From Pelagomonas calceolata (taxonomy: Eukaryota), in contig CAKKNE010000006.1 of assembly GCA_918797485.1 (NCBI GenBank), positions 2,976,001 to 3,040,000 on the forward strand: 64,000 nt of DNA. The letters are read 5' to 3'. Under the pieces are notes generated by a model. The model was not told the DNA's origin, searched no databases, and was given only the letters and a program-made list of their open reading frames with translations. Positions 31,513 to 43,490 of the stretch are shown piece by piece. Positions within the stretch are counted from its first letter, which is position 1, and every line of letters starts with the position of its first letter. The translations under genes and the position numbers were made by a program.

Positions 31513-33286
31513 ATGACGACCATAGGCTACCCCCTCAGCGCGCCCGCCGATGATGTAGCTGTCATGGCACCGGCCCCCGCGGCCGAGGCGCCGGCGCCCG
31601 CCGCCGCAGAGGCGCCCGCGCCGGCCATCGAGACCCCCCGCACTCCGACACGCTTCGACCTCCTGCAGACGGCCCGATCCTTACGACGGGACCTCCTCGC
31701 GCACAAGCGTCGGCTGCGAGATGCCCAGCAACCGGAGAGGGGCGAGCTGCCATCCATGATCTTGGCAAGAGCCAAAGAACGCGCGGCCGAGTGTGTATTT
31801 GAGGACACCGTCGCGTCGCACACGCCCCAATCTTATAAGGATATGGTCCGCGCGAAGGCACGAAGTCATAGGGCGGAGCTCGAATTAGCAAGACTGGCGG
31901 AGCACGACGCCTTCGACAAGGAGCGCTATTCATCTTTCTGTCAACGAATAAAGGGCAGTGAACTGGAAGCTTGGGTCCGCGAGACGTTCGAGGCGATTGA
32001 TGTGGATGAGGACGGCGAGGTGTCGTTGCTGGACTTCGAATTGCTCGAAGGGAAAGAAAATGGAGCTCTGGCAAAGATGTTCACGACGATGACGTCTCAG
32101 AAAAGCAATATCAAGCTAGTGGAGTGGGTGCAGTTCTGTGCAGACCTGTGGCACGTCGGCGGCTGTGTGGAAAGTTCACGGCGCGTTCGCGACGCCTGCT
32201 CGACGGCGTGGCGGTCGCGTCATCGCCGAGAAATGATTTCCACACAGGTCGGCGGCCAGGACCTAGTAGCTTCCACGCTCAAGTCCTTCGAGAACCTCAT
32301 ACGGATGCGGGAGCGCGAGGAGGTGCAAGAATTGCGAGACATCTGTCGCAAAGCGCCCCCGCCCGATCCTGAGGTCTGGCCGCGCTCTACACCAACGCTC
32401 GACGAGCGCGTGCTCTGCGTCTTCCAGGGCATGGACTTTGATGGGAATGGTGCCGACGCGGCGTCCTTGCGTGCTCTCGACTCCACGCCATTGACGCCAT
32501 CGCGTCATTGCGTGCTCTCGGCGTCGGCGCGCCGTCGTCGAGGAGCGATTCGACTCCACGCCATCGACGCCATCGATGCGACGCACTACGCGCGCAGGTA
32601 CGATCGAGGCCGAGGAATTAGCTGACTTGATCCAGAACGACGCCGTGACGCCTTTAATACTACCCTTGCTGGACAACGACGACGGCGACGGGAAGGTGAC
32701 GCCCGAGGAGTTCCGGACCTTCTTCGACGTCTGGGCGGTCATGGGCGACCAAGGGGTGGAGACGGCATTGGTCACGTTCGAGAGTTTACTTAGGGTGCGG
32801 GGCGGTCCCATGCAGGAGGCCTATGAGCAGCGAAAAAGGGAGTTGTTGGGCATCGAGCTGCCCGTGAAGTTGCCCACACCTCGATCGGAGGAACCCGAAC
32901 CTATGAGGGATCTGCTTAAAAGAGTGAGAGGGCCGTCGTTGCCGCCTCGGGATTTCGTGGAAGAGGCTCCCGAGCCTGTACTTCGTGATCACGAGTCCGG
33001 CATCGTCTTGAAACCCGACGGCAGCTCGGCGCCGGCGCCGGCGCTGCCTATGCTAGACATATCCCGGGAGGTCTTGAGGGAGGCGCTCGGCTCGGCGCGC
33101 GCTCTGTTCGAAGAGACGCCGCGGACGCCGCGGTCGTCGCCGCGGCGCTTGTACCGCCGCGACGCCGACGAGTCGATGTACACGCCGTTCAAGGCGCGGA
33201 GTCGGCCGCGGCGGGCGAAGCCATCGCTGGCCGGCGCGGGTGCGGCGCTCCTGGCGACGGCCACGTTCTCGTCGGTCGGTGGGTAA
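31513..33286 (+). CDS. EF-hand calcium-binding protein, 3 exons
   Basis: DVDEDGEVSLLDF, DFDGNG|TIEAEEL, DNDDGDGKVTPEEF. Introns at 32155-32247 and 32450-32597. Confidence 0.8.
32155..32247 (+). mobile_element. Introner family A with a perfect 8-bp TSD
   Basis: GTCGGCGG+CTGTGTGGAAA...TTTCCACACAG+GTCGGCGG. Confidence 0.9.
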
Positions 33287-33303
33287 CACATGTTTCACTT
33301 ACA

Positions 33304-34266
33304 CTAATCGCCGCTCCGAAGCTCTAGCGCCCAGCCGGGGATCCCACCAGCAAGGGAATGTATCCAGCGCGTGATCGGAATGGGGAGAGTATCCCCGTCG
33401 CGGTGCTCGGCGAGATAAGCATAATTCTCTGTTCCTGGGATCAAATGGGTGTTTGCGTCGCCCAGACGTCTGATGTGGTGGTCCTTGGGCTGGACAACGA
33501 TCGGCGGCGCGACGGGCTGCGCAAAGCTAACGTCGATCGGCAAGGTCGATCCGCGGTAAGGCGCCGCCCGCGACACGCCGACCGGCTTCCGGTCCCACAG
33601 GTTCACCAGGACGCTGATGCGCGTCGTCCCAGGGTCGTCCTTCGCACATTTTATGCGAGATGCGAGGAGGTTCTCCGGCGCAAGCTCGGCCGGCACGCCA
33701 TGGAGCCGATCCCCCAGAAAGGCCACGTGGCGCGCCGTTCGCGGGGCGACGAGCCAGCCCCGTCGAACGCGGCCTTTACCCTCCGAGGCCGTGTCAAAGA
33801 CGACGAGTGGCGCGCCGCTCTCTCCCAAGTAAGTAGCGGTCGCGAGAAGCGGGTGCCGCCACTCGCCCCGCTCGGCGTGGGCGCGCTCGTCCTTGTCGAA
33901 GTGAAACCCCAAGCCGCCGTCCCGCCTCTGCCGGATCTGCACCCAGTACTCAGCACCGGCGACGGCGTCCCGGGGCGTCTCGTCGGGGACGTGCGCGCGT
34001 AGGACGCCGAGCGCCAGCGCCTCGAGTTGTGAGCGCGGCGTCGCGCCGCGCGGCAGCCACGACGACTTTGCAACGGTGCGGTCGCCGCCACGTTGCGTCC
34101 AGTACTCCTGCGCCGCGTGCATTAAAGCTGCCATGGGTTCGTCCGCGATGCAGCCGTCCCAGATGCCGACGAGGGCCGAGGTCTTGCGGTTACGCTGCGC
34201 GTGTAGCTTTCGCAGCAGCCTGTGCAGCCGGGCTCTCCGCCTGCGGCGCCGGCTGGCGCCATGCAT
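33304..34266 (-). CDS. 2OG-Fe(II) oxygenase-like protein
   Basis: EYWVQ, FHFDKDE (HxD), HP...TYL, F.G..LHGV, RISVLVNLW. The start is uncertain. Confidence 0.7.
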   Translation of the reverse strand: MHGASRRRRRRARLHRLLRKLHAQRNRKTSALVGIWDGCIADEPMAALMHAAQEYWTQRGGDRTVAKSSWLPRGATPRSQLEALALGVLRAHVPDETPRDAVAGAEYWVQIRQRRDGGLGFHFDKDERAHAERGEWRHPLLATATYLGESGAPLVVFDTASEGKGRVRRGWLVAPRTARHVAFLGDRLHGVPAELAPENLLASRIKCAKDDPGTTRISVLVNLWDRKPVGVSRAAPYRGSTLPIDVSFAQPVAPPIVVQPKDHHIRRLGDANTHLIPGTENYAYLAEHRDGDTLPIPITRWIHSLAGGIPGWALELRSGD

Positions 34267-34430
34267 TGCTGCACAAGCTAGCGTGCAATGCAGGAGCTCC
34301 CGTGTCTGTGAGGGATCGATGCAAGTAAGATCCGCACCAATGCTAATTTTCTGAGGCACAAGATTGGCACAACTGCTGCCCTGGTGCAGCCAGCACGCTG
34401 CACTTTGGCTCTGCTGCTTGGCAGGCATCC

Positions 34431-34453
34431 CTAGTGTCTTACAGGCCGCTAGC
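34431..34453 (-). promoter_or_regulatory. Motif A, consensus copy
   Basis: CTAGTGTCTTACAGGCCGCTAGC between divergent genes. Confidence 0.7.
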
Positions 34454-34599
34454 CCTCGCAAAACCTGGGAGGGCCGCGTATCCCTCCTGCTAGCAATCGC
34501 GAGAGCCCCAATTAACACGTTATCGTGCGGGTGCTCTCCCATCTTGGCCAGAGGCTTTGGCTTTGCAAACGGGGCAGCCCAATTGCTGGGGACCGCACG

Positions 34600-35665
34600 A
34601 TGTCCACCTACGACGAGAACGTGCGCAGCTACGAGTCCTTCGCGCGGGGCAGCCTCGAGGCCTCGCCGGGCACCGGTTCCGTCGAGGAGCTGCCCCTGAC
34701 GCGCGAAGAGCCCGAGACGCCGCCGAGGACGCCGCCGCCGAAGCAAAAAACGACGCCGAATACGCCGGGCTTCGCCGAGACGGCGCCGACGCTGGCCCTG
34801 CGCCGCGCCGACGCCGCGTCCGCCGCGCCGGCGTTGATCAGGCTCGTCGAGTGCTGTGTGGAAATCAAATTTCGGGCGCCCCCCGCAACGTTGTCTCAGT
34901 GGCCGCGTCTGCTCGAGGGCGTGGAGTTTTCAGGCCATCGACGCGACGTTGTCGCCGTCACCGCGTCGGTCTGATGGTGTGGAGGTTCACGAATGTCCAC
35001 GCAATATCGATAACCTAAGTCACTGGTTGATTTCCACACAGGTCGAGGGCACGGATTTAACTTTCGGGCGGGGGCCTCGGGCCGACGTCGCGTTAGTGGA
35101 CGCCGCGAGGCGGACGGCCGGTAGAAGGCAGTTCGTTTCCAGAAGGCACGCTCGTGTCAGGACCGCGACGCGCTGGGGCGAGGCCGTGGCCGTTTTGAAG
35201 GCATTTCGTAGAAGGGACGGGCGCGCGCGCTGCGGCGTTTTTGTGGATGGCGAGGCCGTGGGGGACGAGCCGGTCCGTTTACGCGCCGGGCACCGCGTGG
35301 TCTTCGGGAGCCTGGCGGACGACGACGGCACGCCCTATAGTGAGTTTGCTTATGATGTGGTGACCTGCGAGCAGGCGCCGGAGCCGCCGGCGCCGGCGCC
35401 CGACGTGGCGAGCCCGAGCTCGGTCGGCTCGTTCGGTGATGAGGGCGATACGCCGCAACACCAGCGCCGCGGTCGCTTGTCGAACCGGAGACGGCGCATC
35501 TCGCTGGCCGTGGCGGTGGTAAGGGACGACCGCGACGGTTTAGATGATGAGACGGACGAGGAGGGGTACCAGGGCGTCTGCGAGCTCGCGCCGGCGGCGG
35601 GCTGCTTCGCGGGGCTCTTTGATGGCGAGTCGCTGTTGTTTGGCGGGAGTAAGGAGGAAACTTAG
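34600..35665 (+). CDS. FHA-domain protein, 2 exons
   Basis: FGRGP...VSRRHA...GVFVDG...L..G..VVFG. Intron 34846-35041 joins LIRL-VEGTDL. Confidence 0.8.
34846..35041 (+). mobile_element. Introner family A with a 7/8 TSD
   Basis: GTCGAGTG+CTGTGTGGAAATCAA...TTGATTTCCACACAG+GTCGAGGG. Confidence 0.9.
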
Positions 35666-35766
35666 TATTTTTAAACGCTTCGGAAGGACTATGTATAGGG
35701 CGTTTGCGGGGAATTGTGGAGGGAAATTGGGCGCGGACGGCCATCGGGGGCGCGCGCCTGGGGAGC

Positions 35767-36824
35767 TCAGGGCATTTCGGCGGGAAGCGTCTCCGTCGCC
35801 TTGATCGGCGCCAGCGGCGGCGGTCCCGGGGGTGACGGCGGCGCCTCGGCCATCAGCGCGGCCGTGCGGCGGATGTGCTCCTGAGTCTTGGCCAGGGACC
35901 TGGGCGACATGGCCGGCGGCGCCTCGGCCATCACGGTCGCGTGCGCCAGGGGTGGCGCCGACGGCTCGGCGACGCGCATCTTCTTTTTCTTCGCGAAGCA
36001 GGCACAGCTCCCAAAAGCACCGAAGGCGGCCGCCGTACCGAGCGCGAGGAGGCAGCAGAATACGGCGACGCAGCATACGATGATGAGGATGAGCAGCGTG
36101 GCGTCGTCTATCCGTCTCTTCTTGTTGTCCCAGTACGTCGTCGGCGCGGCGGTGGGGGCCTCCGTGGTCACGACGGCCACGCTCAGCTCTTCGATCTTGA
36201 CATTCATGAAGACCGCCTCCTGGCCAACGGCCGCCGCCGAGGATTCGATCTCTGCTTCGATGATCGAGGTGTCGTCGGCCGCGTCTTGGAGCTTCTCGGA
36301 GGCTTCCTCGGCCGCGGCGAAATCGTTCGCCTCAATCTTGTAGTCCACGATAACGCTGGCCTGGAGTCGGCGGCGCGCCGACGCCACGCTCTGTATCGTC
36401 ACGGCCTCGGTGTCCACGCCGGCGACTCGCGCGATGGCGTCCTGGAGCACCGCCTTGTTCGCCTCTGCGTCCTCCGCCGTGATCCCGGAGAGCGATATGC
36501 TACCCGTGACAACCGGCGCGGGCAGGCAGGCCGCCTTGCAATTGGCCTCGGCGACCTGGTCGAAGTCCCGGCACTCGCAGTCCGCGCAGTCGCCGTCGAG
36601 GGCGTCGCAGTCTTCGCACGTCTCGAGGTTGTCGAACGAGCCGGCCGGGCAGTCCCTCGCGCAGGCGAAATCGCACGTGAGGCCTAGGAAGCTCTGGGCC
36701 GCGTCCTCGTAAGTGCACTCGACGTACGCCTGGTACTCCGTTTGGCAGACGGCGGGCCCATCTTGGCACAATCCATCCGAGAGCCACTGCTGCACGTCGG
36801 CGCAGGTATTCGGCGAAAAGTCGT

Positions 36825-36858
<34 letters not shown>

Positions 36859-38244
36859 ACCTGGCGTCCCGCAGTTACACGCGCAGACGCGCTGGCGCGA
36901 AACGTCAGGGTCGACCGTGCCGCACGTTGGATTCCCGAACAATTGCGCCCATCCAGACTGCCCCGGATGATAGGTGCAGCCGCTACTATCGACCGAAGTG
37001 CCTGGGCCGGTCGACATGCCGTAGCTGACGCCAAGGTCGTCGAGGATACTCTTGCATGTCTCCAGGCTGGACGCCGCTGCCGTGGTCGCTGCGAGATCGC
37101 ACCCTCCAGAAGACGCACAGGCATCGTCGCAGCTTTGCCCGCCAGTGGCGAGGAAGTAATCGCCGCCGCCGCCGCAGTCGTCGTCGTCGAGGCTATTTTG
37201 GTTGCTGAGGCAGTCTACCCAAGCCGTCTCTTCCGCGGGGCACGCAGACACGCACGCGTCGGGGAGCACCGCGACGTCGCTCGACGTGATCAGGTGGATG
37301 TCGCCGTCCTCCATGGCCTCCATGCACTGACAGTCGTCCTGGCAGTAGCACTCCCCGTCAGGAGTCCAGTCGATGGCCACGAGGTCGGAACCGTACCTAT
37401 CTTCGCACATCGTCCAGCAGGCCGCGGCATCGGACGCGTCGCCAACATACTCGTCCAGGTCGGAGGAGCACCAACCGTTGCCGGTTCCCCAGTCGTTGTA
37501 CATTATTGGCCAGGGCGTTGGCGCAAATGTGTACTCGGCGCCGTGACCACCGGAGTAAAAGCTGCTACAGTCCGTGCCCGTCTCGAGCGAGTGGTCGCAC
37601 GACGCGTCGCACCAGCAGCAGCCACTGGAACCGCTAATGTAGCCCGGGGAATACCAGTAGGCGCCCATGACGTCGCAGGCCGCGTGCCCGATGTCGCAGT
37701 CGACGGTGTGCGTCGTAGCACTGTAGCACGCGCCGTCGCTCTGCGATTCATCGGCGTAGCCTTCCAAGTGACAGTCCGTCCCCGTTTCGGCCGAATGGTC
37801 GCACGTCTCGTCGCAGAAGCAGCAGCCGTCCGAGTCGAGCGCGCCGGCTGCGGACCAGACGTTCGGGGAAGTGCATTGGCCCGCCGTCACGTCACATATC
37901 ACTTGACCCGATGCGGCAATTTTGCAGCTCCCCGCACTCGTGTCGGCGTAGTTGCAGGTGCCGGCGGCCGCCGTCTCCAGCGAGTGGTCGCAGTTCGAGT
38001 CGCAGAGGCAGCAGCCGTCGGAGCCGACAGCACCTTTGGCGTACCAGACGTTGCTAGCCGCCTCGCACTCGGTCTGTGTCAACGAGGGATTCGAGGGGTT
38101 GGCCCCGGGCCGGAAGCAAACAGTGATTTGCGTCGTCGGGTCCATGCAGGCGCCCTGGCTCGCGTACTGGCGGGTGCCATCGCCGACAATATCCGCCGCT
38201 GTAAACGATGCGGTGGCGAGCAGGAAGAGGCCAGCGGCGTGCAT
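35767..38244 (-). CDS. Cys-rich type I membrane/surface protein
   Basis: Signal peptide, three GCCxCDxxCDHSxET repeats, an RRRLQ processing-like motif and a single TM near the C-terminus. Confidence 0.8.
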
Positions 38245-38502
38245 GGGACCCTAGCTCTCGGGAAGGAGTTCAATCGATTGCGAGGGGGGGCAGCCTGCTA
38301 TTGCTGCCAACTGGCGCTATCTCGGTGCGATTACACCAAAGGCAACGGAGGAGGCTCGGCGCGCAGCGGGCACGTGCCACACCCAGGTCATGAGACAAGA
38401 CTGCTAGCTAGTGTCTTAGCCCGCTAGCGAGGCAACCCTTCGGAGAGCTCCACAGCACGCCCCCGACGACGCCGCCGACGACACAAACCACCCTTAGGAG
38501 CA

Positions 38503-40212
38503 CTAGTACTCGTCCCCGAAGGACACCGTGCAGCCGCCCGTCGCCGTTTCCGAACGATACAACCCCTCGGCGTCGCACTCGTCGTCCGACGTGACCACCG
38601 CATCAAACGGCGGCTGGCCCGTCGAGAAGAGTAACCTAGTCCACATGCGATCGCGAATCGCCACGATGTTCCTCCGATTCACGACCAAATCCAAAGGAAG
38701 CATCGCCAAGCGCGTGTTGATGTTTCCCACCAAAAAACGGGTATATCCGGCCATCGCACCATGCACGGCGGCATGCGCCAACGACGAACAGTAGACTTGA
38801 TCATACGCGTTCGCGGGGACCGCCCGGATCGCATACGTGGGGTCGACCAAAAAGCACTTGGCCTTCTTGCCCGCGAAGTCGGGGTCCGTATCATATCTGT
38901 CAGCAGCGAAATGTTGAGTGATAACGCTTTTCAGCCAGAGGCCCACGTCCTCATTGAGCGCATTGCCCGAGGCATCAAATTTCACGGACGCCCCCATTTG
39001 AGCTTGTCCAGCGCCCTCCGCGACGACCACGAGAGCGTGGTTATTTTCTCGTAACTTGGCTTCTAAATGGTTCATGATCTCCTCGATCTCAAATGAGGAC
39101 TCCGGGACGAGGCATAGGTCGACATCGCCACTTGCCAAAGTAGCGTGCAGCGCGATGAAGCCCGAATGTCTCCCCATGAGCTTCACGATGCCAATCCCGT
39201 TCGGGCAGGCCTCGGCTTCCGTGTTCGCGGCCTCGATCATCGGGATGGCCGCTTCTACCGCACTCGTGAAGCCGAACGAATTGTCGATCAACGGGACCTG
39301 TGTGGACGCTCTGACGGCCGCATCGACGGCGTCGAGGCGATGTCGCGTCGCCCGACGCCGTCGCGGCGACGACGTTAACTCTGAGAGTCATTCGCGTCTC
39401 GCGATCTCGGCGCCGCGGCCCTCGGAGCGGCCCAAACTCGGCCACGACCTCCGAGCGATGCACGCGACCGTAATGAGAGAGAAACACCTCAATTGAAGGG
39501 CCCTTGAACTTTGACACTGGAGCAGGACGTCGTTGTCAATTGTTTTTGGTACACAACAGACGACGCATTTCTTACCTCTTTTTTGCATTTCGGCGTCGAT
39601 CTTGCAGGCCCCCTTCATGGTGCCATCCCCACCAATCACGAAGAGCATGTTCACTTCATGCGCTTCCAGTGCGTCGCAGATCTTCGACGTGTCGTGGCCG
39701 CCCCTCGATGAACGTAACACGGTGCCGCCCTTGCGCTGGATTTCATACACAAACTTCGAATCCATCTTCACCGCATCTCTTTGCCAATTTTTGAAGCCCG
39801 AGTAGCCGTTCTGCACTCCATAAACTGTGTTCACTCCATACTGTTTTGCTAGGCAGAGATAAAGTTCTCGCACGACCGTGTTCAGGCCGGGACAGACGCC
39901 GCCACACGTCACGATGCACGCTTTAGCTTCATTTTGTTCAAAGACGACCTCTCGTCGCGGCCCCGCCCGATGAAAGAACGTCGCGTCTTCGGAAATCATC
40001 CTACTTCGCGTCGCGGTGACTTGCGACGCGATGAGGGCGTCGTCGTCCACAAAAATGTCTCCCGAAGGTACAAAATGTATCGCTTCCGTGTGCCCTATTG
40101 GTGATGGTGTGGTTGTCACATCAATACGGTCCGCGAGCTTCGGGACCTCGGCGACGCGGATGTTCGGCGCGCTCAGGGCGGCGGCCGTAGCGACGAGCGC
40201 GACGCAGCGCAT
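38503..40212 (-). CDS. PFK: ATP-dependent 6-phosphofructokinase, plant/algal type, probably plastid-targeted, 2 exons
   Basis: RAGPR, IVTCGGVCPGLNTV, IGGDGT, PKTIDND|VPLIDNSFGF, VKLMGRHSGFIA, DPTYAIRA. Intron 39298-39528. Confidence 0.95.
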
Positions 40213-40427
40213 GTCTTTCGCACGCGATTCGCTTCGTCGACGGCGTTTTAGCTGGCAGAAGGACAGCCTGGTGGCTAGCTTGTGGTGTCTCTGGCGCCTC
40301 CTGGAGCGGTTTGTGCTGCGCAGCTTGGAGTCGGCGATCGATGAATGACTCCGACAGCCCGTGCGTGGCCGTGTATGTCCAAAAACGCCTCCAAACAAGC
40401 GCAGATCCGCACGTTTAAAATCTGATG

Positions 40428-40451
40428 GCTAGCGGCCTGTAAGACACTAGC
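40428..40451 (+). promoter_or_regulatory. Motif A, consensus copy
   Basis: GCTAGCGGCCTGTAAGACACTAGC between the divergent PFK and FAM13-like genes. Confidence 0.7.
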
Positions 40452-40798
40452 GAGCAAGAGAATGGTCTCCCTGGCCAGCGAGGGATCGCTCGCGTCGCCC
40501 GGACGACTCCTGCTCGCAGCCGTCGCACTCGACGGTCTCGCGAAGGCGCCGGTTTGGCCAAGGCACTGCCACTGAAAGCCATACGCTGTGGTACCGGTAC
40601 GCGCAGCGAGCAGCCCAACGCACCCCGACGGCAGCGCTCCACGGATTCCGGTCGCCGCGCGCGGGGCAGCCCGTCCGCCGTAGCAGCACTGCGCAGCCCC
40701 CTGGTAAAACTGCTGCAGGAGCGAGACGCCGCCGCAGCGCAGGAGCAGGCAACCCCCTTGTAAGGAGCTAAGCCGCCGCCGCAGCGAGGAGCAGGACG

Positions 40799-41362
40799 AT
40801 GGACCCCCTCAGCCTGCTGGACACGCTGATCGACCCCCTGAGCCTCGCGGCGCGGCCGTCCAATCGGCCGCAATACATTGCAGAAACTGAGCCGCAACAA
40901 ACAACGCGCAAGATCGACCGCAAGCTCGCGGTACGAGCGTGTCGCGTCTTACGGCTCCAAATAAAAGCCTTCGAGGACGCGTTCTCCGAGACGAGTAAAC
41001 GGCGGCCGCGAGGGAGCGACCGGCGGCCGCTCGCGTCGACGTACCGGCAGTACCGGGACTGGAAGCGCTGCATCCGCCACGACGCCGCCGCGGCGATCCA
41101 GTCGTTGTGCCGGAGGCGGCGTGCGAGACCCATGGTCGCGCCGGCACCACGGCCTGTACAGCAGAGCACGATCGCCCAATTGCGACTCGACAAGCGCAAC
41201 ATCAAGAAGAAGCTGCGGGCCTACGACGCGCAATTCATCGCGAAGCACGGACGCTCCCCAACGCGCTTCGAGAAGGAGCCCATCCGCGGCCTCTACGAGC
41301 TCTACTACGGCGCCAAGGAGCGGCTGAGGAAACTATCGGGTGATGAGGATAACTCTAGTTAA
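40799..41362 (+). CDS. Protein with FAM13-like C-terminal helical repeats
   Basis: Two K..L..FE..F....GR.P...D..P....Y..Y units. Confidence 0.65.
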   Translation: MDPLSLLDTLIDPLSLAARPSNRPQYIAETEPQQTTRKIDRKLAVRACRVLRLQIKAFEDAFSETSKRRPRGSDRRPLASTYRQYRDWKRCIRHDAAAAIQSLCRRRRARPMVAPAPRPVQQSTIAQLRLDKRNIKKKLRAYDAQFIAKHGRSPTRFEKEPIRGLYELYYGAKERLRKLSGDEDNSS

Positions 41363-43490
41363 TTTTTGGGAGGCGGCGTCACCACACTTCCGTCCGGTTC
41401 TCCTTGCAAATTTGGCGACGAAGCCCGCGTGATGTCATTGGTGGGCGACGCCCTTTGTCTGATGCACTTCCTTTCAAAAGCCCCACCCTCATCATTCGCG
41501 TCGCCGTCGAGCTCCACGAACAACCACCCGCGACCTCGCTTCTCGATGACCGTGGCAATGCGACCGCCGGGCGTCTCGATCGTCTCGACCGGCTTGTTGA
41601 AGACCGCCAGGTTCCTTTGCGAGGGAGAACGCAAATATCTCGATCTTTCAGGAGAAGCCCGCTCCGAAACCTTGCGCAGGTAGCGCCACGAACCGGGTAA
41701 AGCGACGTCCCCATCGGGGTCAAACAGATCCTCGAGCCGCAGGCCCTGCTGGCAGACCCTGGAAGTTTCCGACCAGGCGACATCATACTGGAAGCGCTTC
41801 GCGTTCGGTTTATGTTTGGCGATGCGGCCCATCATCCAGTCCCCGTCGTCGCAGCAGATGATGAGGTACAAGTCGCCGCGCTCCACCGCGCTCTGGCCGA
41901 GCAACGCTGGCGGTCTTCCCAGTTCCGAGTCTTTGACCGCTCGAAAGCCGTCGGGGACCGCGTAGTGCGTGAGAATGATCCTGTCGTCGGTGGACGAAGG
42001 CGCTTCTGAGCTCGATTCAGAAGCATCATCAAGCAAGAACCCGGGCGGCGGCGGCGGCGGCAGCGAGGGCGGCTTCTCCAGGCCTCGCGCTCGTAGTTTC
42101 GACCGCACGGCCTTCTCCAGCTGAGGAAACGACTCGTCACACGTCTGGAGGGCCGTGGCCCGCCGCAATCGCGCCGCGTTCGCCAGCGCGACCGTTTTTT
42201 CGGGTTCGTCGACATTAAAGTTGTAGATCGGGACTCTCCTATCTCTGCACCGTCGCAGAGCCTCCCGCGTCACCTGGACACTAAACGACGTCCCCGCGAA
42301 GACGACCGCGTCGGCGTCGTCCAACCAGCCGTCCCAGGCGTCGGCCTGCGTTCGTGCGACGCTGTTCCGACACGGCCGCGGCTCTCTCGCGAGGCGCGTA
42401 GACTCTCTCGCGAGACGCGTGGACTCTCGCGCGGCGCGTAGACTCTCGCGAGGCGCGTAGACTCTCGCATGGCGCGTGGACTCTCGCGCGGCCGCGTCGA
42501 CGGCGTCGCGGCGACGTGGTCTCACGAAGACGCCATCGCCGCGACCCAACACACACTCTCGAGACGCCATCGCCGCGGCCGCGCGGCGCGTCGAAGAATA
42601 CGTCATAGAAACGCGGCGCAGGCGCAGATCGAAGCGACTCGACGTTCGGACGCCGCGGCGCGCCTCGAAGAAGAAGTGGCTATCGTAGTTCTCGTCAAAC
42701 AAGAGTGATAGTGGTGCGAGAAAAGCGCCACATCTCGGACAGGAGAAGGGCCGCGTGACCGGTTTCCCCTCGTCGCGCCACCAGGCTTGCAACGCTTTCC
42801 GATCTTTGCTTAGTAGGTCGTCGACGCCGTACCACTCCTTGTTCGCCACGGACTCTTCACAACGTTGGCGACCTTCGGTAGCGTCCCCAATGCCGCAGCA
42901 TCTAAATAATCCGGCCCGCCCATGAGCCTCGACGAGCTGCGCGTCCGGCACGCCGCCGCCCACGTGCAAGGCATCGACGTTCTGCGTCACGACCTTGATG
43001 GCCGGCGACAGCTGAGCTAATTCAGCGAGCGCGTCGTGGGCCTTGGTGGGTTTCGCGTCGCGCATTCTTCTAGTTTCGAACGTGGGGAGCCAGAACGCGT
43101 TGTGCCACTCGACGGGGTCCTTCCTTAAAGATTTTCTAGTGCCGTACTGGACGACGTTCTCCTCCCAGACGGCGCCCGCTCCGCTTCTAAAGGCGGGGAT
43201 GCCCGCGCTGACCGACAGACCGGCGCCCGTAATAAATAAAACGTTCCGCCCGTCCGCGATGTGGATCGCGAGCTCGTCGATCAATTCGGCCGGAGGTCTG
43301 GGTACGGCTTCATCCAAGTCGCGCTTCCTCCGCTTCATGGCTCGCACCTGCGTTACATAACGTGTGATGTTTGTGTTCCGATGTGACGTCGACTCGGGGA
43401 TGAAACCATTTTTTCGCCTCGCATGCTGCCGCCGTCGTTTGGATCGATGGCCGGGGCGTCATCCTCTTCTCCTTCGCGCTTCCTATCCAT
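41359..43490 (-). CDS. Sirtuin (SIR2 family) NAD-dependent deacylase with a C-terminal extension
   Basis: ITGAGLSVSAGIPAFR, TQNVDALH, EAHG, Zn-binding Cys, GTSFSV, FNVD. GC-AG intron 42346-42663. A short first exon from ATG 43490 with an intron at ~43348-43406 is possible; otherwise ATG 43338. Confidence 0.9.
42346..42663 (-). other. In-frame GC-AG intron containing a minisatellite
   Basis: FFE|ADAWD junction. Tandem GCGT(A/G)GACTCTCGC units at ~42380-42490. Confidence 0.75.

Noticed and set aside
36742..38427. 561-aa plus-strand ORF
   Set aside because: Antisense shadow of the Cys-rich membrane protein.
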